Shown here: in pieces, positions 28,001 through 41,017 of the stretch
Layout: the number at the start of each line of letters is the position of its first letter
How positions within the stretch are numbered: position 1 is the first letter of the stretch
Source: Chrysomallon squamiferum
Lineage: Eukaryota > Animalia > Mollusca
DNA length: 64,000 nt
Direction: 5' to 3'
NCBI GenBank assembly: GCA_012295275.1
Contig: CM022678.1
Span: 8,556,001 to 8,620,000 of the forward strand
The notes under the pieces: model-generated
Told to the model about the DNA's origin: nothing
Databases searched by the model: none
What the model saw: the letters and a program-made list of their open reading frames with translations, nothing else
Translations under genes and position numbers: made by a program

Positions 28001-29617
28001 GAAGACACAAGTTGTGTTGGGTCACAGGACGATACATCAATTCGTGGACCGAAGTCTGTGTTTGTGAAGGCTACACCCTCTGATCAGGAAGACACAAGTT
28101 CTGTTGGGTCACAGGATGATACATCAATTCGTGGATTTGGTATGAAATCACATCCTTATGGTTGTAAGTTTGTGCCGGTTTTGCTTGTCTAGTTTTTCTG
28201 TTCTATTCTTCTTTTTTTTTTTTTTTTTGCTTGTGTTTATTTTCCTGTTCTTTTGTGCATTTGTAGTTGTTCTCTGTGGAACATTTAGTTGATGGTTTAT
28301 TTGACTGCATTTTGTGAATTTAAATAAGGTCTTATTTAACTGGAAAAACTAATAAAAGATTTCCGATTATCTTTTTATATTAGATATTTACTTTATATTA
28401 CAATATTGTATGGACAATGTACATATGTTATTAAATTTATTCTCTTATTTATTTTATCATTTTATTTTCTTTCTGTACATTTATTCTTCTTTTTAATACA
28501 ATTACTTATTATTAATATTCATGTTGATGTTTTTATTTCAATACAAATTTTATCTTTTATTTTTATTTATCTCTTCATGCTTTCTAATGAATCTGTATTC
28601 TCCATTGCATATAAGAATTCAAATTTCCATTAATTTTGTAGATTAGACAAAATACTTTGGCTTTTACATCTTCAAATCTTTGTCAGTTACAATAAAGCTG
28701 TCTATAGATGTAGTCTCCTTGTAAAGTTTATCAAAAAAAATCTAACTGAAGCAAGGAAAAATCAAAATGCAGAGAAAAGCATTAAAAAATAATAAATAAA
28801 TAAAAATAAAAACAAAATTTAAATTTATAATTTTACTTTGAGGTGAAAAAAACAACAACTAAAAAACAGAATTAATTATTAAAATATGAAAACAATGCTA
28901 TGCCAACCAGAAATAGATTAGTATTCTCTTCTGACAGATTAAAAATAATCATGGAACTTTCCTTGATTTTATGCTGACACCTTTCATGAAATTTCTTGCC
29001 TGCTTGAGGAGATTATATCTTTGCTATAATTTAGTTTAATTTTATCAATAAGAAAAATAAAATATATGATTATCTGTTTTGTTCTGAACCTGAAGAACTA
29101 CATGATCAGCCATTTTGATTTTAGTTTTACTAGAAAAATGTATTCAGTACATGCAGTTTTTATTAAGTAGTCTTTTAGTTATTTTGTCAACATTAAAATA
29201 GATTCAGCTGAGAAACTCTTTTTACCCTATCCATCTTCTACAGAACAACCGTAAAAATGAAAACTTCACATTTTGTTTTGGAAATCTTTTAAAAAATTTA
29301 CCTTTAAAGATATAAGGAAAAGTGTTTTTAATCTCACTGATCTTTAATAAAAGATAGAAATTTGTTAATCTCTTCAAAAAGGCAAGAAATGAGTAGAATT
29401 TAACCAAACTAACACTATACAGTGTCTTCTTCTTATTATTTTTTTTTTTTTTATCTGTATGTCAGGAATAAAATAAGTGACGTTATTTAATTTTTGTTTT
29501 TCTTATAAATGCAGTCTTGTTTCCTTTTTTTTATCTTTCTTTTAATTGTTTTCATTTTAAAAGTACAAGAAGTTTTGGAATGATCTCAAATCTGAATTTA
29601 TTTAAAGTGACAAATGG

Positions 29618-29655
<38 letters not shown>

Positions 29656-29869
29656 CATTTAAAATAATTAACCAGAGAAAAAAATCAACCAAAGAAAGTT
29701 AGTCACTTATTTGCTTCCTGCATGATTTAGGTAAAGGAATTTTTGACTTTATTTTATTTTCAATCTTTTGTTTTCTTTCTGTTTTTTTGTTGCATTGATT
29801 TGTTTGTTTGTTTCAGCCTCCCATCCTTCTCACTTTCGTATTGGTTTCGTGGCAATATGAGAAAAGCAG
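24955..29869 (+). pseudogene. CAMSAP: CAMSAP/patronin unprocessed pseudogene, left copy (internally deleted, cut by the gap)
   Basis: Exons: 24955-24964 (gccATG GAT CAA G|gt, tentative); 25212-25330 (GH..LSRK..DESPVTETILLQTAPF, with stops and frameshifts; cf. CAMSAP GHQSVIQALSRKGIYVMESDDTPVTE); 25644-25729 (NVHIALIDVLMLAYATEVVSVECAVPTIR; cf. AHLAMIDALMMAYTVEMISIEKVV); 27068-27195 (coiled coil with TGA at 27146); 27790-28139 (LKQEDAEQKKAEERARRKQIYEQYLQKK...KPRPKSV); 29817-29869 (frameshifted). No CH-domain exons were found. Confidence 0.85.
27961..28134 (+). repeat. 87-bp in-frame tandem duplication inside a CAMSAP exon
   Basis: PKSVFVKATPSDQEDTS(C/S)VGSQDDTSIRG occurs twice; the copies start at 27961 and 28048. 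Confidence 0.95.
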
Positions 29870-29977
29870 GTTTGTTCTCATCCACATCTAGAAAATCACA
29901 AACATCCTAAATGTATTTTGTATTCTAATAGTTTTGTGGTTTCTGGTACCCATAATTATTTTATACAGAAATCAGTA

Positions 29978-30177
29978 NNNNNNNNNNNNNNNNNNNNNNN
30001 NNNNNNNNNNNNNNNNNNNNNNNNNNNNNNNNNNNNNNNNNNNNNNNNNNNNNNNNNNNNNNNNNNNNNNNNNNNNNNNNNNNNNNNNNNNNNNNNNNNN
30101 NNNNNNNNNNNNNNNNNNNNNNNNNNNNNNNNNNNNNNNNNNNNNNNNNNNNNNNNNNNNNNNNNNNNNNNNNNNNN
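29978..30177. other. Assembly gap (200 N)
   Basis: Run of 200 N, a fixed-size gap typical of scaffolding joins. Confidence 0.99.
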
Positions 30178-30427
30178 TTATCGTGCGAGGTATACGGTTT
30201 TCAAGAAAAGTAGGTTGTCACATTGCGAGAAACGATTTCTTTTCTAGTGGTGTGATAAATTAACTTGCAGCATTCATGGATACTCAAATATGTTTAGTTT
30301 GTTGGTGAGTTTTCTTTTGTGAGTTTTTCTTTGCTTCATACAATTTATTACAGACGACTTCGTTTATTATATTAGTATTGTCGACCGCAATTTACAACAG
30401 ACTGTCGTCTTCCTTCCCAAATTAAGA

Positions 30428-30437
30428 GTGACGTCAC
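30428..30437. promoter_or_regulatory. Palindromic CRE (GTGACGTCAC) upstream of the NHL gene
   Basis: Perfect 10-bp palindrome containing TGACGTCA, about 340 bp upstream of the ATG at 30772 and just before a possible leader-exon donor at about 30510. Confidence 0.4.
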
Positions 30438-30716
30438 AAGGTTAAATTTAGCAAGTTCGTAATGCACTTTTATTTTACAAACAAGACTAAATAAATAAAT
30501 AAACGAACAGGTTTTTTTTAGTTTATTTATAATATTATCAGTGTTGTATTCGCAAGTTTATATATTTATCATTTCATTTATTTATTTGTATATACCATTG
30601 GTCGTATGAATTTAGTGGAATTACTACTACTACTATTACTACTACTACTACTAAAACAACTACTACTACTACTAATACTAATAATACTACTACTACTACT
30701 ACTACTAATAATAATA

Positions 30717-30766
<50 letters not shown>

Positions 30767-30771
30767 CAGAT

Positions 30772-31046
30772 ATGGCAACAGCTTCAAACTCGGATGACAG
30801 TATAGAAAAAGAACATTCAAAGTTTTGTGAGTCAGTTGTATTTAGGTCGATTACAATAAAATAATTTAAAAAGATAGTGATTATTTAACTATAAATATTT
30901 ATTTATCAACCATAGCAGCATAAAGAAACAGAGGACATTTTATCTCTAACATTTTTCTACGCAGATTTTACATTTAGTTGATAAAATAAATTCATTAACA
31001 CTCCAAATTGTACTCAGATCTTTATTAATACCATTAGAACTCAATC

Positions 31047-31110
<64 letters not shown>

Positions 31111-32756
31111 TAATTAATTAATTATTTAAACATTTATTTATTTATTTATTTCAGATGAAAAGGGAGACCACATTTCAGTTCTGACTTCTGTTTCTGAGAT
31201 TCTCAAAGATTGAGCAACTTCGCCAAGCCGTCGACATCACCGTCGTGGACACCACAGAAGAGGTCAGAAGGATTGGTAACACACTAATAACAGATTTCAC
31301 AGCCGCAGTCCACAAAGAACAAGACAGGCTAATAAGAGAAATAGAAAAATATCAGAACTTTGTAAACTCAGAAATACAGAAACTGTTCACAGAACACAAA
31401 CATCTGATTGATGAAAATGAAAAGTTTATAAAACTTGCTGAAAATTTGATAAAAGAAAAATCAGAGTCAGACATAAAAACAAATCTTCCAAAATTCACCG
31501 AACTTCAAAACACAACTTCCGAGTTTCTGTCAAATTCTCTTTCACAAATAGAAAAATCAAAATTCAAAATAAATCTGAGAAAATCTGACAAAAAGAAAGA
31601 AATGTCTGTGAACATCGGTGAAATAATCACAAACATCGAAACAGACACAGAGATAGACAAACAGACAGACACACTGAAACACACAGACACCATTAACACA
31701 AAAACACAACACACAGACACACAGATAGACAAACAGACAGACACACTCAAACATACAGACACCATTAATACAAAAACACAACACAGAGATACACAGATAG
31801 ACAAACAGACAGACACACTCAAACACACAGACACCATTAATACAAAAACACAACACACAGACACACAGATAGACAAACAGACAGACACACTCAAACACAC
31901 AGACACCATTAATACAAAAACACAACACACAGACACACAGATAGACAAACAGACAGACACACTCAAACACACAGACACCATTAACACAAAAACACAAAAA
32001 GATAAAACAGATCCTTTAGTGTTTTCCATGCTGGTGTCAGGTGAGGACAAGAGTAAAATTGTTGTTAGTGATTGGTCCAATGAATGTGTAAAATGTTTTT
32101 GTTTAGAAAGAAAATCACTGATAAACAAACACGTGACTTCCTCTGGTCCATGGGGTCTTGCTGAGTCACGTGGTCAGCAGGGTGATGTTGTTGTTGTCGT
32201 TGCTCTGCCAGATGAAAATAAAATATTGTTTTTAAATTTGGAAAACTTCAAATTGATAAAAACAATTACAACAGGTAAACAGTATCAGTTTATCTCTGTG
32301 TTACCTGGCAACCGTCTCGCGGTCACTGGTGGGCTGTTTAATGAGTGCTTGGACATACTGACAGAGAGTGGTCAGCTCATTAATTCTATCTCAACAGATT
32401 TGATCCCCAGTCCGTGGTTTCTCACAGTTCAAGATCAATGTCTGATTGTTGTGTCACTGAGAGAAAACAGATTATTTTGTGTGACGTCATCAGGTGACGT
32501 CAAATGGAAGTCACGTGATTCAGACAAACTGAGACACTTGAGAGATGTTACATGTGACAGGGAGGGAAATATTTTTGTTTGTAGTGGATATAGAAATTGT
32601 GTTGTTCAGCTGTCTCGAGATGGTAACATTACACGTGACATCCTCACTGACCAGGATGGACTGTCCAGTCCTTACTGTGTCTGTTGTGATGACAACAAAC
32701 TCTACGTGGTACAGTTTAACAATAAAATAAAAATATTTACGTGGTGTAAAATGTAA
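30772..32756 (+). CDS. Coiled-coil + NHL-repeat beta-propeller protein (TRIM-like, lacking RING/B-box); one apparent frameshift near 31205
   Basis: Exon 30772-30826 (MATASNSDDSIEKEHSKF), then an exon from 31155. The 503-aa ORF has a helical N-terminal part followed by NHL-type blades (KIVVSDWSNECVK, SSGPWGLA, PSPWFLTV, LRDVTCDREGNIFVCSGYRNCVVQLSRDG, DGLSSPYCVCCDDNKLYV). The exon-1 frame hits TGA at 31211 unless it shifts into the long ORF (..SEIL/KIEQLRQAVD..). Confidence 0.8.
31641..31997 (+). repeat. Coding minisatellite, 5 x 72 bp (TDTQIDKQTDTLKHTDTINTKTQH)
   Basis: agatagacaaacagacagac recurs at 31651, 31723, 31795, 31867 and 31939, in frame. Confidence 0.97.
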
Positions 32757-33344
32757 ACTTCAAACTGTCTGCTAAGTTAGTTTCACTGAACTGTTTTGAA
32801 GCTGAAAGTCCACAGACATTTCTTTCTTGTAAATAAACAGAAAATCAGTTATTTATTTACTGTAAGGTAATTAATTTAGTTAATTTGTTTACTTTCTTTA
32901 TTTTCATTTTTAAACATGTTATTTAATTATTATGAATTACTTTATCGTTTAACCTTGCTAAATTACAAAACAGATTTCACTTTAAAACAGACTCTGATTT
33001 ACTTTTGAAATTTTCACCAAGTTTTGTCATTTTAACTCTTTCTCTCTCTCTTTTCTTACATCTAAACTATAGTTTATTTCAAATAATATTGGAATATCTA
33101 AAATATACATGTACAATCAAAACTGTAATAAAATATTTATCTGATAATTAAAAAAATTGTTCTGTCTTTATTCCATTTAAATTTTAAAACTGTTTTACAT
33201 TGCTTCGTGATCTCTTTGTCTCTATAGTTACCTATGTATTCACCTTATGTATGTATGTATGTATGTATGTATGTCTGTATAATATATTTAATGTGTACAA
33301 TATCAGTGTAGAACAAAGCAGTTAACTGTTGACATTTATTATAA

Positions 33345-33807
33345 ATTACACATATACACAAATACCACATACACACACACACGTACAAACCCCCCCACAC
33401 ACACACATATACAAACACACACACTTACACACTCCACATATACACATACAAACACAGTCACACACATACAAACGCACACACACAAACATACACACATACA
33501 CACACAGCATACACACACATACAAACCCATACACATATACAAACACACACACATACAAATACATACACACACATACGAACACACACACACCACATACACA
33601 TATCCAAACACACACATACAAACACACAAACATACAAACACACACACACACATACACACAGATACAAACACACATATATAAACGCACACACCACACAGAT
33701 ACACATACACACATATATACACACATATACACACATACAAACACAGCATATTCACAGACACAAAAAACAGACGCACACAAACCTCCTGCACACATACAAA
33801 CACACAG

Positions 33808-33854
<47 letters not shown>

Positions 33855-33928
33855 CATACACATACATAAAAACACACACACAAACACACACACACACAAC
33901 ACACACACACACACACACACACAAACAC

Positions 33929-34010
<82 letters not shown>

Positions 34011-34016
34011 TACAAA

Positions 34017-34094
<78 letters not shown>

Positions 34095-34098
34095 CACA

Positions 34099-34130
<32 letters not shown>

Positions 34131-34244
34131 GTCACATACAAACCCACACACACATACAAACACACACACATACAAACCCACACACACACACAATACAAAC
34201 ACACACAGATACAAAACACAAAACACACATACACACACACACAT

Positions 34245-34311
<67 letters not shown>

Positions 34312-34548
34312 TACACACACACATACACACACATACAAACACACACACATACAAACATACACACACATACAAACACAGACACACACACATACAAACGCAC
34401 ACACATACACACACAACATACAAGGCACATACAAACCCACACACATACCCACACACACACACAAACACACACATATACAAACACACACACAAACAAATAT
34501 ATACACACACATACGAACACACACACACACACACACACACATATCCAA

Positions 34549-34595
<47 letters not shown>

Positions 34596-34612
34596 CACAC
34601 AACACACACATA

Positions 34613-34654
<42 letters not shown>

Positions 34655-34758
34655 CACACACATATACACACATACACACACACACATACAAACACACACA
34701 TATACACACACAAAAAACACACACACACACACAAAACCACCTGCACACACACAAACAC

Positions 34759-34820
<62 letters not shown>

Positions 34821-34831
34821 ATACACACACA

Positions 34832-34877
<46 letters not shown>

Positions 34878-35150
34878 TACAAACACACACACACATACAC
34901 ACACATACACAAACACACATACACATACATACATACAATCACACACACACATACAAACACACACATACACAAAGACACACATACACACACACATACATAC
35001 AAACACAGTCACACACATACAAACGCACACACACATACAAAAACACACACATACACACACAACATACACACATACAAACACTCACATATACAATTAAAAA
35101 CACATATACACACATTACATACACACACCACGTAGACGCACACACGCACA
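33345..35150. repeat. Long degenerate (AC)n/(ACAT)n microsatellite field
   Basis: About 1.8 kb of CA-type repeats; this is the source of the His/Thr and Cys/Val junk ORFs. Confidence 0.97.
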
Positions 35151-35563
35151 AAATAAAATTAAAATCAGAGAAACAGCCGCAGAAACGAAAATTGCTAAGC
35201 CAGGAAAAAACAAAAAACAGAAAACAAAACAGAATCGATGTTTTAATAACGTGACTAAATGTGAAACTGGATACCTCACTTGAGGTCTACAGACACGTGT
35301 TTTAAATCCGGGTATTAGCGATCATGTTTCATCTTTATTTAGTGTGCACGTTCAAGTTAGTTTGAGTAGGGAACAATTCACAATATTCACGTAGCAGGGG
35401 CACATGGGCGGAACTGCTATCTGAAGTAATTTTTTATTTACTTATTATTTTTTTACTTTATTCTGCGTCTCATTAGTGATATTATTGTTGTTATTGTTGC
35501 TGCTGTTGCTGTTGTTGTTGTTACTATTTTTGGATCAGTTTATTTATTTTACAGCAATAACAA

Positions 35564-35866
35564 TAACAGCACGAATATGAACATTAACTGTAATAATTTT
35601 ACCTACATACAGAAACACATACGTACTGACATAAATACCCTCATATACAAACACACACATATGTATACACACAGATTATTCTCATTGTGCAGTCTAAACG
35701 TAACAAAACAGAATATTTATTCTTGTATAAATACATATATACAATTATATCTACAGTAACATTAACACACAAATATGTTCATACACAGATAGAAGCTGGC
35801 GAGCGCGCGCACACACACACACACACACACACGAGTTAAACTACTGTTTTAATGTTTGCTTTTCTT
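35564..35866 (+). repeat. Dispersed ~300-bp direct repeat, copy 1 (copy 2 at 42612-42912)
   Basis: taacagcacgaatatgaacattaactgtaataatttt...gaagc..gcgcgc(ac)n..ttaaactactgtt is shared; both copies are followed by (ATT)n/(TAC)n tracts. Confidence 0.85.
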
Positions 35867-36129
35867 GTTGTTGTTGTTGTTATTATTATTATTATAACTA
35901 TTATTATTATTATTATTGTTATTATTTTTACTACTACTATTACTACTACTACTAGTACTACTACTGCTACTACTACTATTATTATTATTATTATCGTTAT
36001 TATTATTATTAATGGCATTGTTGATATAGACAGCAATACAGATATTATGTAGGACAAAACAGATAAAAAACAAACAACAACAAAAAAAAAAAAAAAAAAA
36101 AAAAAAAACAACAACAATATATTCCTAGA

Positions 36130-36600
36130 TAGATATACAGAGCTGTATACGTAATAGATATGTAGACACAAAATATATACTTCTATAGATACACACACGT
36201 GATACGAATACAGAAGAAAACATACAAAACATGCACAAAGTTTACTTCTATAGACACACACACGTGATACGAATACAGAAGAAAACATACAAAACATGCA
36301 CAAAGTTTACTTCTATAGATACACACACGTGATACGAATACAGAAGAAAACATACAAAACATGCACAAAGTTTATTTATATAGAAACAAACAGATACAAA
36401 ATATATACTTCTATAGATACACACACGGTAATACGAATACAGAAGAAAACACACAAAACATGCACAAAGTTTACTTCTATAGAAACAAACAGACACAAAA
36501 TATATACTTCTATAGATACACACACTGTGATACGAATACAGAAGAAAGCATACAAAACATGCACAAAGTTTACTTATATAGAAACAAACAGGCACAAACA
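36130..36600. repeat. Minisatellite with ~65-bp core and longer variants
   Basis: acttctatagatacacacacgtgatacgaatacagaagaaaacatacaaaacatgcacaaagttt is repeated about 5 times; degenerate relatives continue to about 37030. Confidence 0.9.
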
Positions 36601-37859
36601 TAGAATGAACATGTAAAACACACACAATGTTTACTTAAATAGATAAAACTAGTATTACACATACAACAGAGAGAATGATAAATAAACATACAAAATATAC
36701 TGATATAGATATACACACTATCAAACACATAGTATGGAGGAAAACATACAAAACACGCACAAAGATTGTTCACATATATAAACACACACTGATACATATA
36801 AAGTAAATAAAAGTGAAAACACGCACGAAGTATACTTATATAAATACACACAGGGTGATACACATAAAGTAAATAAAGTGAAAAGTATACTTATATAAAT
36901 ACACACACACTGATACACATAAAGTAGATAAAAGTCAAAAGTATACTTATTTTGATGCACACACAAAGATACACATAATGTAGATAAAACACGTACAAAA
37001 TACACTTACATAGATACACACACATAATACTAAATGTTAACACTAAATACCGCGTCATTCACATTGATGAAATCTTTCGTCAATGAACTTACACAATGTG
37101 CTAAGACTGATTTGACGCTAACAAAATATAACTTTGTTTCTTACATCTTTAATGCACACTTTGTCAAAAAACGTGTGTTTTTATGTGTGAGCGAAGTATA
37201 ATTTGTATATACATCATTGTATGTGTTTATGGGTGTACACACCTCTCTCTGTGTATGCGAGTATGTGAGTGTCTCAATGTATGTATGTATATATGAAGTA
37301 TTATTAGTAACATAATCACCAAAATTGCATCTACTAGCATCTACTACGATAAGGATCACCCTAATAACATTATGACTACCACAACGACTGTTGTTTCCAA
37401 TACCCACCATACTAGTTCCACCACAACTACTGCTACTGTAACCACCATTGCTATTACAGCCATTAATACTATTACTACAACAACTACTACTACTACTTGT
37501 ACCAATATTGCGAATGCTATTTTTGCTGTTTATTACCAATACTACTACTACTACTACTACTACGACTGCTATGACGACTGCACATAACACTAATAAGAAA
37601 AACACAGCTGGAAAATGACAGAGAGGGAAACGTTTTGTTTCTAAAATTATTTACCAGTGTAACCCATGCTAAACACTCAGAAAATAAAATACCAGTATGT
37701 TTTATCCGTTTTATCTTTTCAGCTGATAATTTTACAGTCTGTAATTATTTTTATTTTTATTAGTAGTATTAGTATTAGTATTAATATTAGTGACAATGTA
37801 ACATTTCAGTTAAAACACATTTTTGTATTTTTCAACAGAGAGACTGATTTAATATTTGA

Positions 37860-37865
37860 CCTTTT

Positions 37866-37909
<44 letters not shown>

Positions 37910-39105
37910 CAACAACAACAACAAAAATAATAATATAATAACAACAGCGATAGTAAAAGTAATAACAGCAATAATAATAACAATAATAAAAACACAACAA
38001 TAATAATAGAATAGCAATAATAATAACAACGGCAATGGAAATAATAACAGCAATAATAATATAATAATAATAATAAATATAACAAAGCAACAATAATAAT
38101 AATTATAACAAAAACAACAATAATGGTAATAACAACAACAACAATTCAAACTTACACCAATAATAATAATATAATAATTATTATTATTATAATAACAACA
38201 GCAACAATAATAATAACAATAATACTAATATTAACAATAATAATAGTAACAGTAATAAGTTTTCTCATCAATGTCTGTCAAGTACAAAACTCTTGAAAGA
38301 CTGAACTGCTTGGTATCGTGTAATGGTTTATGGTAAAAACGGCTTGAAACATTTTTGTTACATTATTTTTGTATTAAACATTATTATTGTTAGTAATAGT
38401 AATAATAGTAGGAGCAGTAGTAGTAGAAGTAGTAGTAGTATAAATTGTGTCAGTGGCAGCAGTAATAGTAGTAGTAATAATAGTAGAAGTAGTATAGTAA
38501 TAGTAGTTGTGGTAGTAATAGTAGTAGTAGTAGTAGTATAAATTGTATCAGTGGCAGCAGTAATAGTAGTAGTAATAATAGTAGAAGTAGTATAGTAATA
38601 GTAGTTGTGGTAGTATAGTAGTAGTAGTAGTAGTAGTAGTATAAATTGTATCAGTGGCAGCGGTAATAGTAGTAGTAGTAATAGTAGAAGTAGTATAGTA
38701 GTAGTAGTATAAATTGTAGCAATAGTATCGGTAATAGTAGTAGTAGTAATATAAATTGTAGCAATAGTATCGTAATAGTAGTAGTAGTAATAGTAGTAGC
38801 AGTAATATAAATTGTAGCAATAGTATCGGTAATAGTAGTAGTAGTAATATATATTGAATCAATGGCAGCGGTAATAGTAAAAGTAGTATAATAGTAGTAG
38901 TAGTTGTAGTAATAGTAGTAGTATAAATTGTAGCAGTAATAGCGGTAATAGTAGTAGTAATAGTATAAATTGTATAGTAGTAGTGGTAGTTGAAGCAGCA
39001 GTAGTAGTATAAATTGTATCAGTGGTAGCGGTAATAGTAGTAGTAGTAATAGTAGAAGTAGTATAGTAGTAGTAGTAGTAGTAGTAGTAGTATAAATTGT
39101 AGCGG
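37860..39105. repeat. Compound (AAT/AAC)n and (TAG)n microsatellite/minisatellite region
   Basis: Trinucleotide tracts; 38400-39105 is punctuated by a recurring ataaattgta(tcagtggcagc) motif. Confidence 0.9.
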
Positions 39106-39159
39106 TGGTTATAAACATGGACAGATAGGAATATAAATTTGAAAATAAGAATGAAGACA

Positions 39160-39262
<103 letters not shown>

Positions 39263-39769
39263 GAAAAACTACAAAAATACGGTTCTGTAAAATGAGACGA
39301 TCCAAAGGAAAGACAGGAGATGAAGAGACAAGCTGGAAGGCAGAGAACGGAAGACACAGACACTGATTTCAGACACACAGACATACAGACACACACGCCT
39401 ACATTCATTCGTACTATCCGTGTACGCACTAAACACGCATAACGCATACGGAAATGAAGACAACTGAACAAAACAACAACAATCTCGTAATAAATATTTT
39501 ACTATATATATATATATATATTTATTCGTTGATTGATTGATTCATCGATGAAAGAGTGAGTCACGTCCGCACACAGACACGTTTCACAAACACAAATGCA
39601 CACAGAACTGAACTGAACGTTACTTACACTCAGGTCGTAGACTACATAATAATAAAACACATACAACATATCAATAAATCGACCTGCGGTTTTGAAAAAA
39701 GGTTCATGATTAGATTACAGAAAACGGAACGTTTTTTTTTAGAACACCAGCTTTTTTGAGAGTTAAATA

Positions 39770-40072
39770 ATTTACAAAATTTATAAATACTTGGTTTAGA
39801 TTGACCGAAAAACGGTTACTTTGATACTTAAAAAAAGAAAAGAAAACAAAAAAACATGTAATATGTAAATATATAGTGAAACTCATTTCCGATGTCACAG
39901 TTATTACACAATGGACATATTCTTTTTTCCAATGATCTGATTTTTCCATCTTCCCGCTTCAATAGGAAGATTATGATTTGGAAGTTTAAACCGCAACAGT
40001 GGGTAGCAGTATTTTCTCTGTGTAAGTTTCAAATATGTCTGGAATGTGAAATTGTGTTTAAATTGTCTACAA
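39770..40072 (-). mobile_element. Degenerate 3' fragment of a non-LTR retrotransposon ORF2 (L2/CR1-supergroup type)
   Basis: The minus strand reads RQFKHNFTFQTYL...LLRFKLPNHNLPIEAGRW, then after a frameshift EKRICPLCNNCDIGNEFHYIF. This is the typical H-LPIE-GR...R-C-x2-C...GDE-H C-terminal motif of these LINEs. Confidence 0.8.
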
Positions 40073-41017
40073 TGTGAAGCTTTGTACCAACACACTGACA
40101 GAGAGCAACACACTAATGTCCTGACCTGTCCAGTCACAGTAAGACCAGCCCTGTCTCTTATTTCCTACTGACAACACAACAGCATCAACAATTCCACCAA
40201 CTCTTGACCAGTGGTCATCCTGGCCAGCAGTGACCTAGATTGCGGCCGACAAGAGCATCTGCCAGATCGGGAAAAAAGAGACATTCAATTCATGCAATAT
40301 CTGATGTCTGACTAAGATTGTGCTCAAACAAGATTAGATGGAAGAAGATTAAAAAATAACTCTTTGCAGTGAAGTAAAATCGAAACAGTATAATCAAAAA
40401 TTTGTGTAAACAGGAAAAAATACATATCTGCTGTTATCATGTATTTCCAGTGAAAGTCTGTACACATAAATATTTTATTGAATACGTATAATTACAAAAT
40501 AATCCAGGCGATCTCTGTTGCCGTATTCTGTGACCAGAGTCTGAAGCCGCTGGGTGGTGTCTCTGTAGACGTGACGCTGTGGGGTGGGGCTTCTCTGGCA
40601 AGTATCTGGTGCAGGGTTACAGTGTTGATGGATTTTTCTGTTTTTCACAACATCCAGAAACAGCCAGGTATTTGGATGACGACTGTAGTTTGTTGACATG
40701 AACTTTGGAACAACACGCGGCTCTAACAGTTAAGTTTGTTGATAAACAAACAAAATAAGAAAAGTTTATTCTTTTTCATTATTCTCAAACTTAAGCGATG
40801 TTTGGCCGCTTCAAAAACCTTAAGTAGAAGCTAAGGAATTACTTTTTCTTTGGGATTGCATGTATCAGTATTATTTACCACTGAGTAGCTTGTGGTATCA
40901 ACACTGTTTAGAAGGGTGTCCGGACATTCCCCACGGATATTCCCCCCGATCATTCCCCTCATCGTTTCCCCATAGGTCATTTCCCCCGAAAATTCCCCCT
41001 GCCTACCTGTTTTAACT

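Larger units (their letters stand above)
18336..29977. repeat. Left arm of a large inverted duplication (partner 49670-59724)
   Basis: Continuous reverse-complement match, for example ORF twins 22428/55638, 22951/54911, 29222/50231, 20194/57877. The arm is cut by the N gap. Patchier homology continues between about 5960-7900 and 59960-63510. Confidence 0.95.

Noticed and set aside
31505-32128. Antisense ORFs over the NHL gene
   Set aside because: Shadow frames of the AC-rich 72-bp coding repeat.
33329-35254. 641-aa His/Thr-rich ORF and antisense Cys/Val ORFs
   Set aside because: Translation of an (AC)n microsatellite, which lacks stops in most frames; no splice or domain evidence.
35260-35420. 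CpG-richer patch with a minus-strand donor-like site (GAG|GTATCC) and GC-box-like motif
   Set aside because: It could be a first exon, but I found no downstream exons to link it to.
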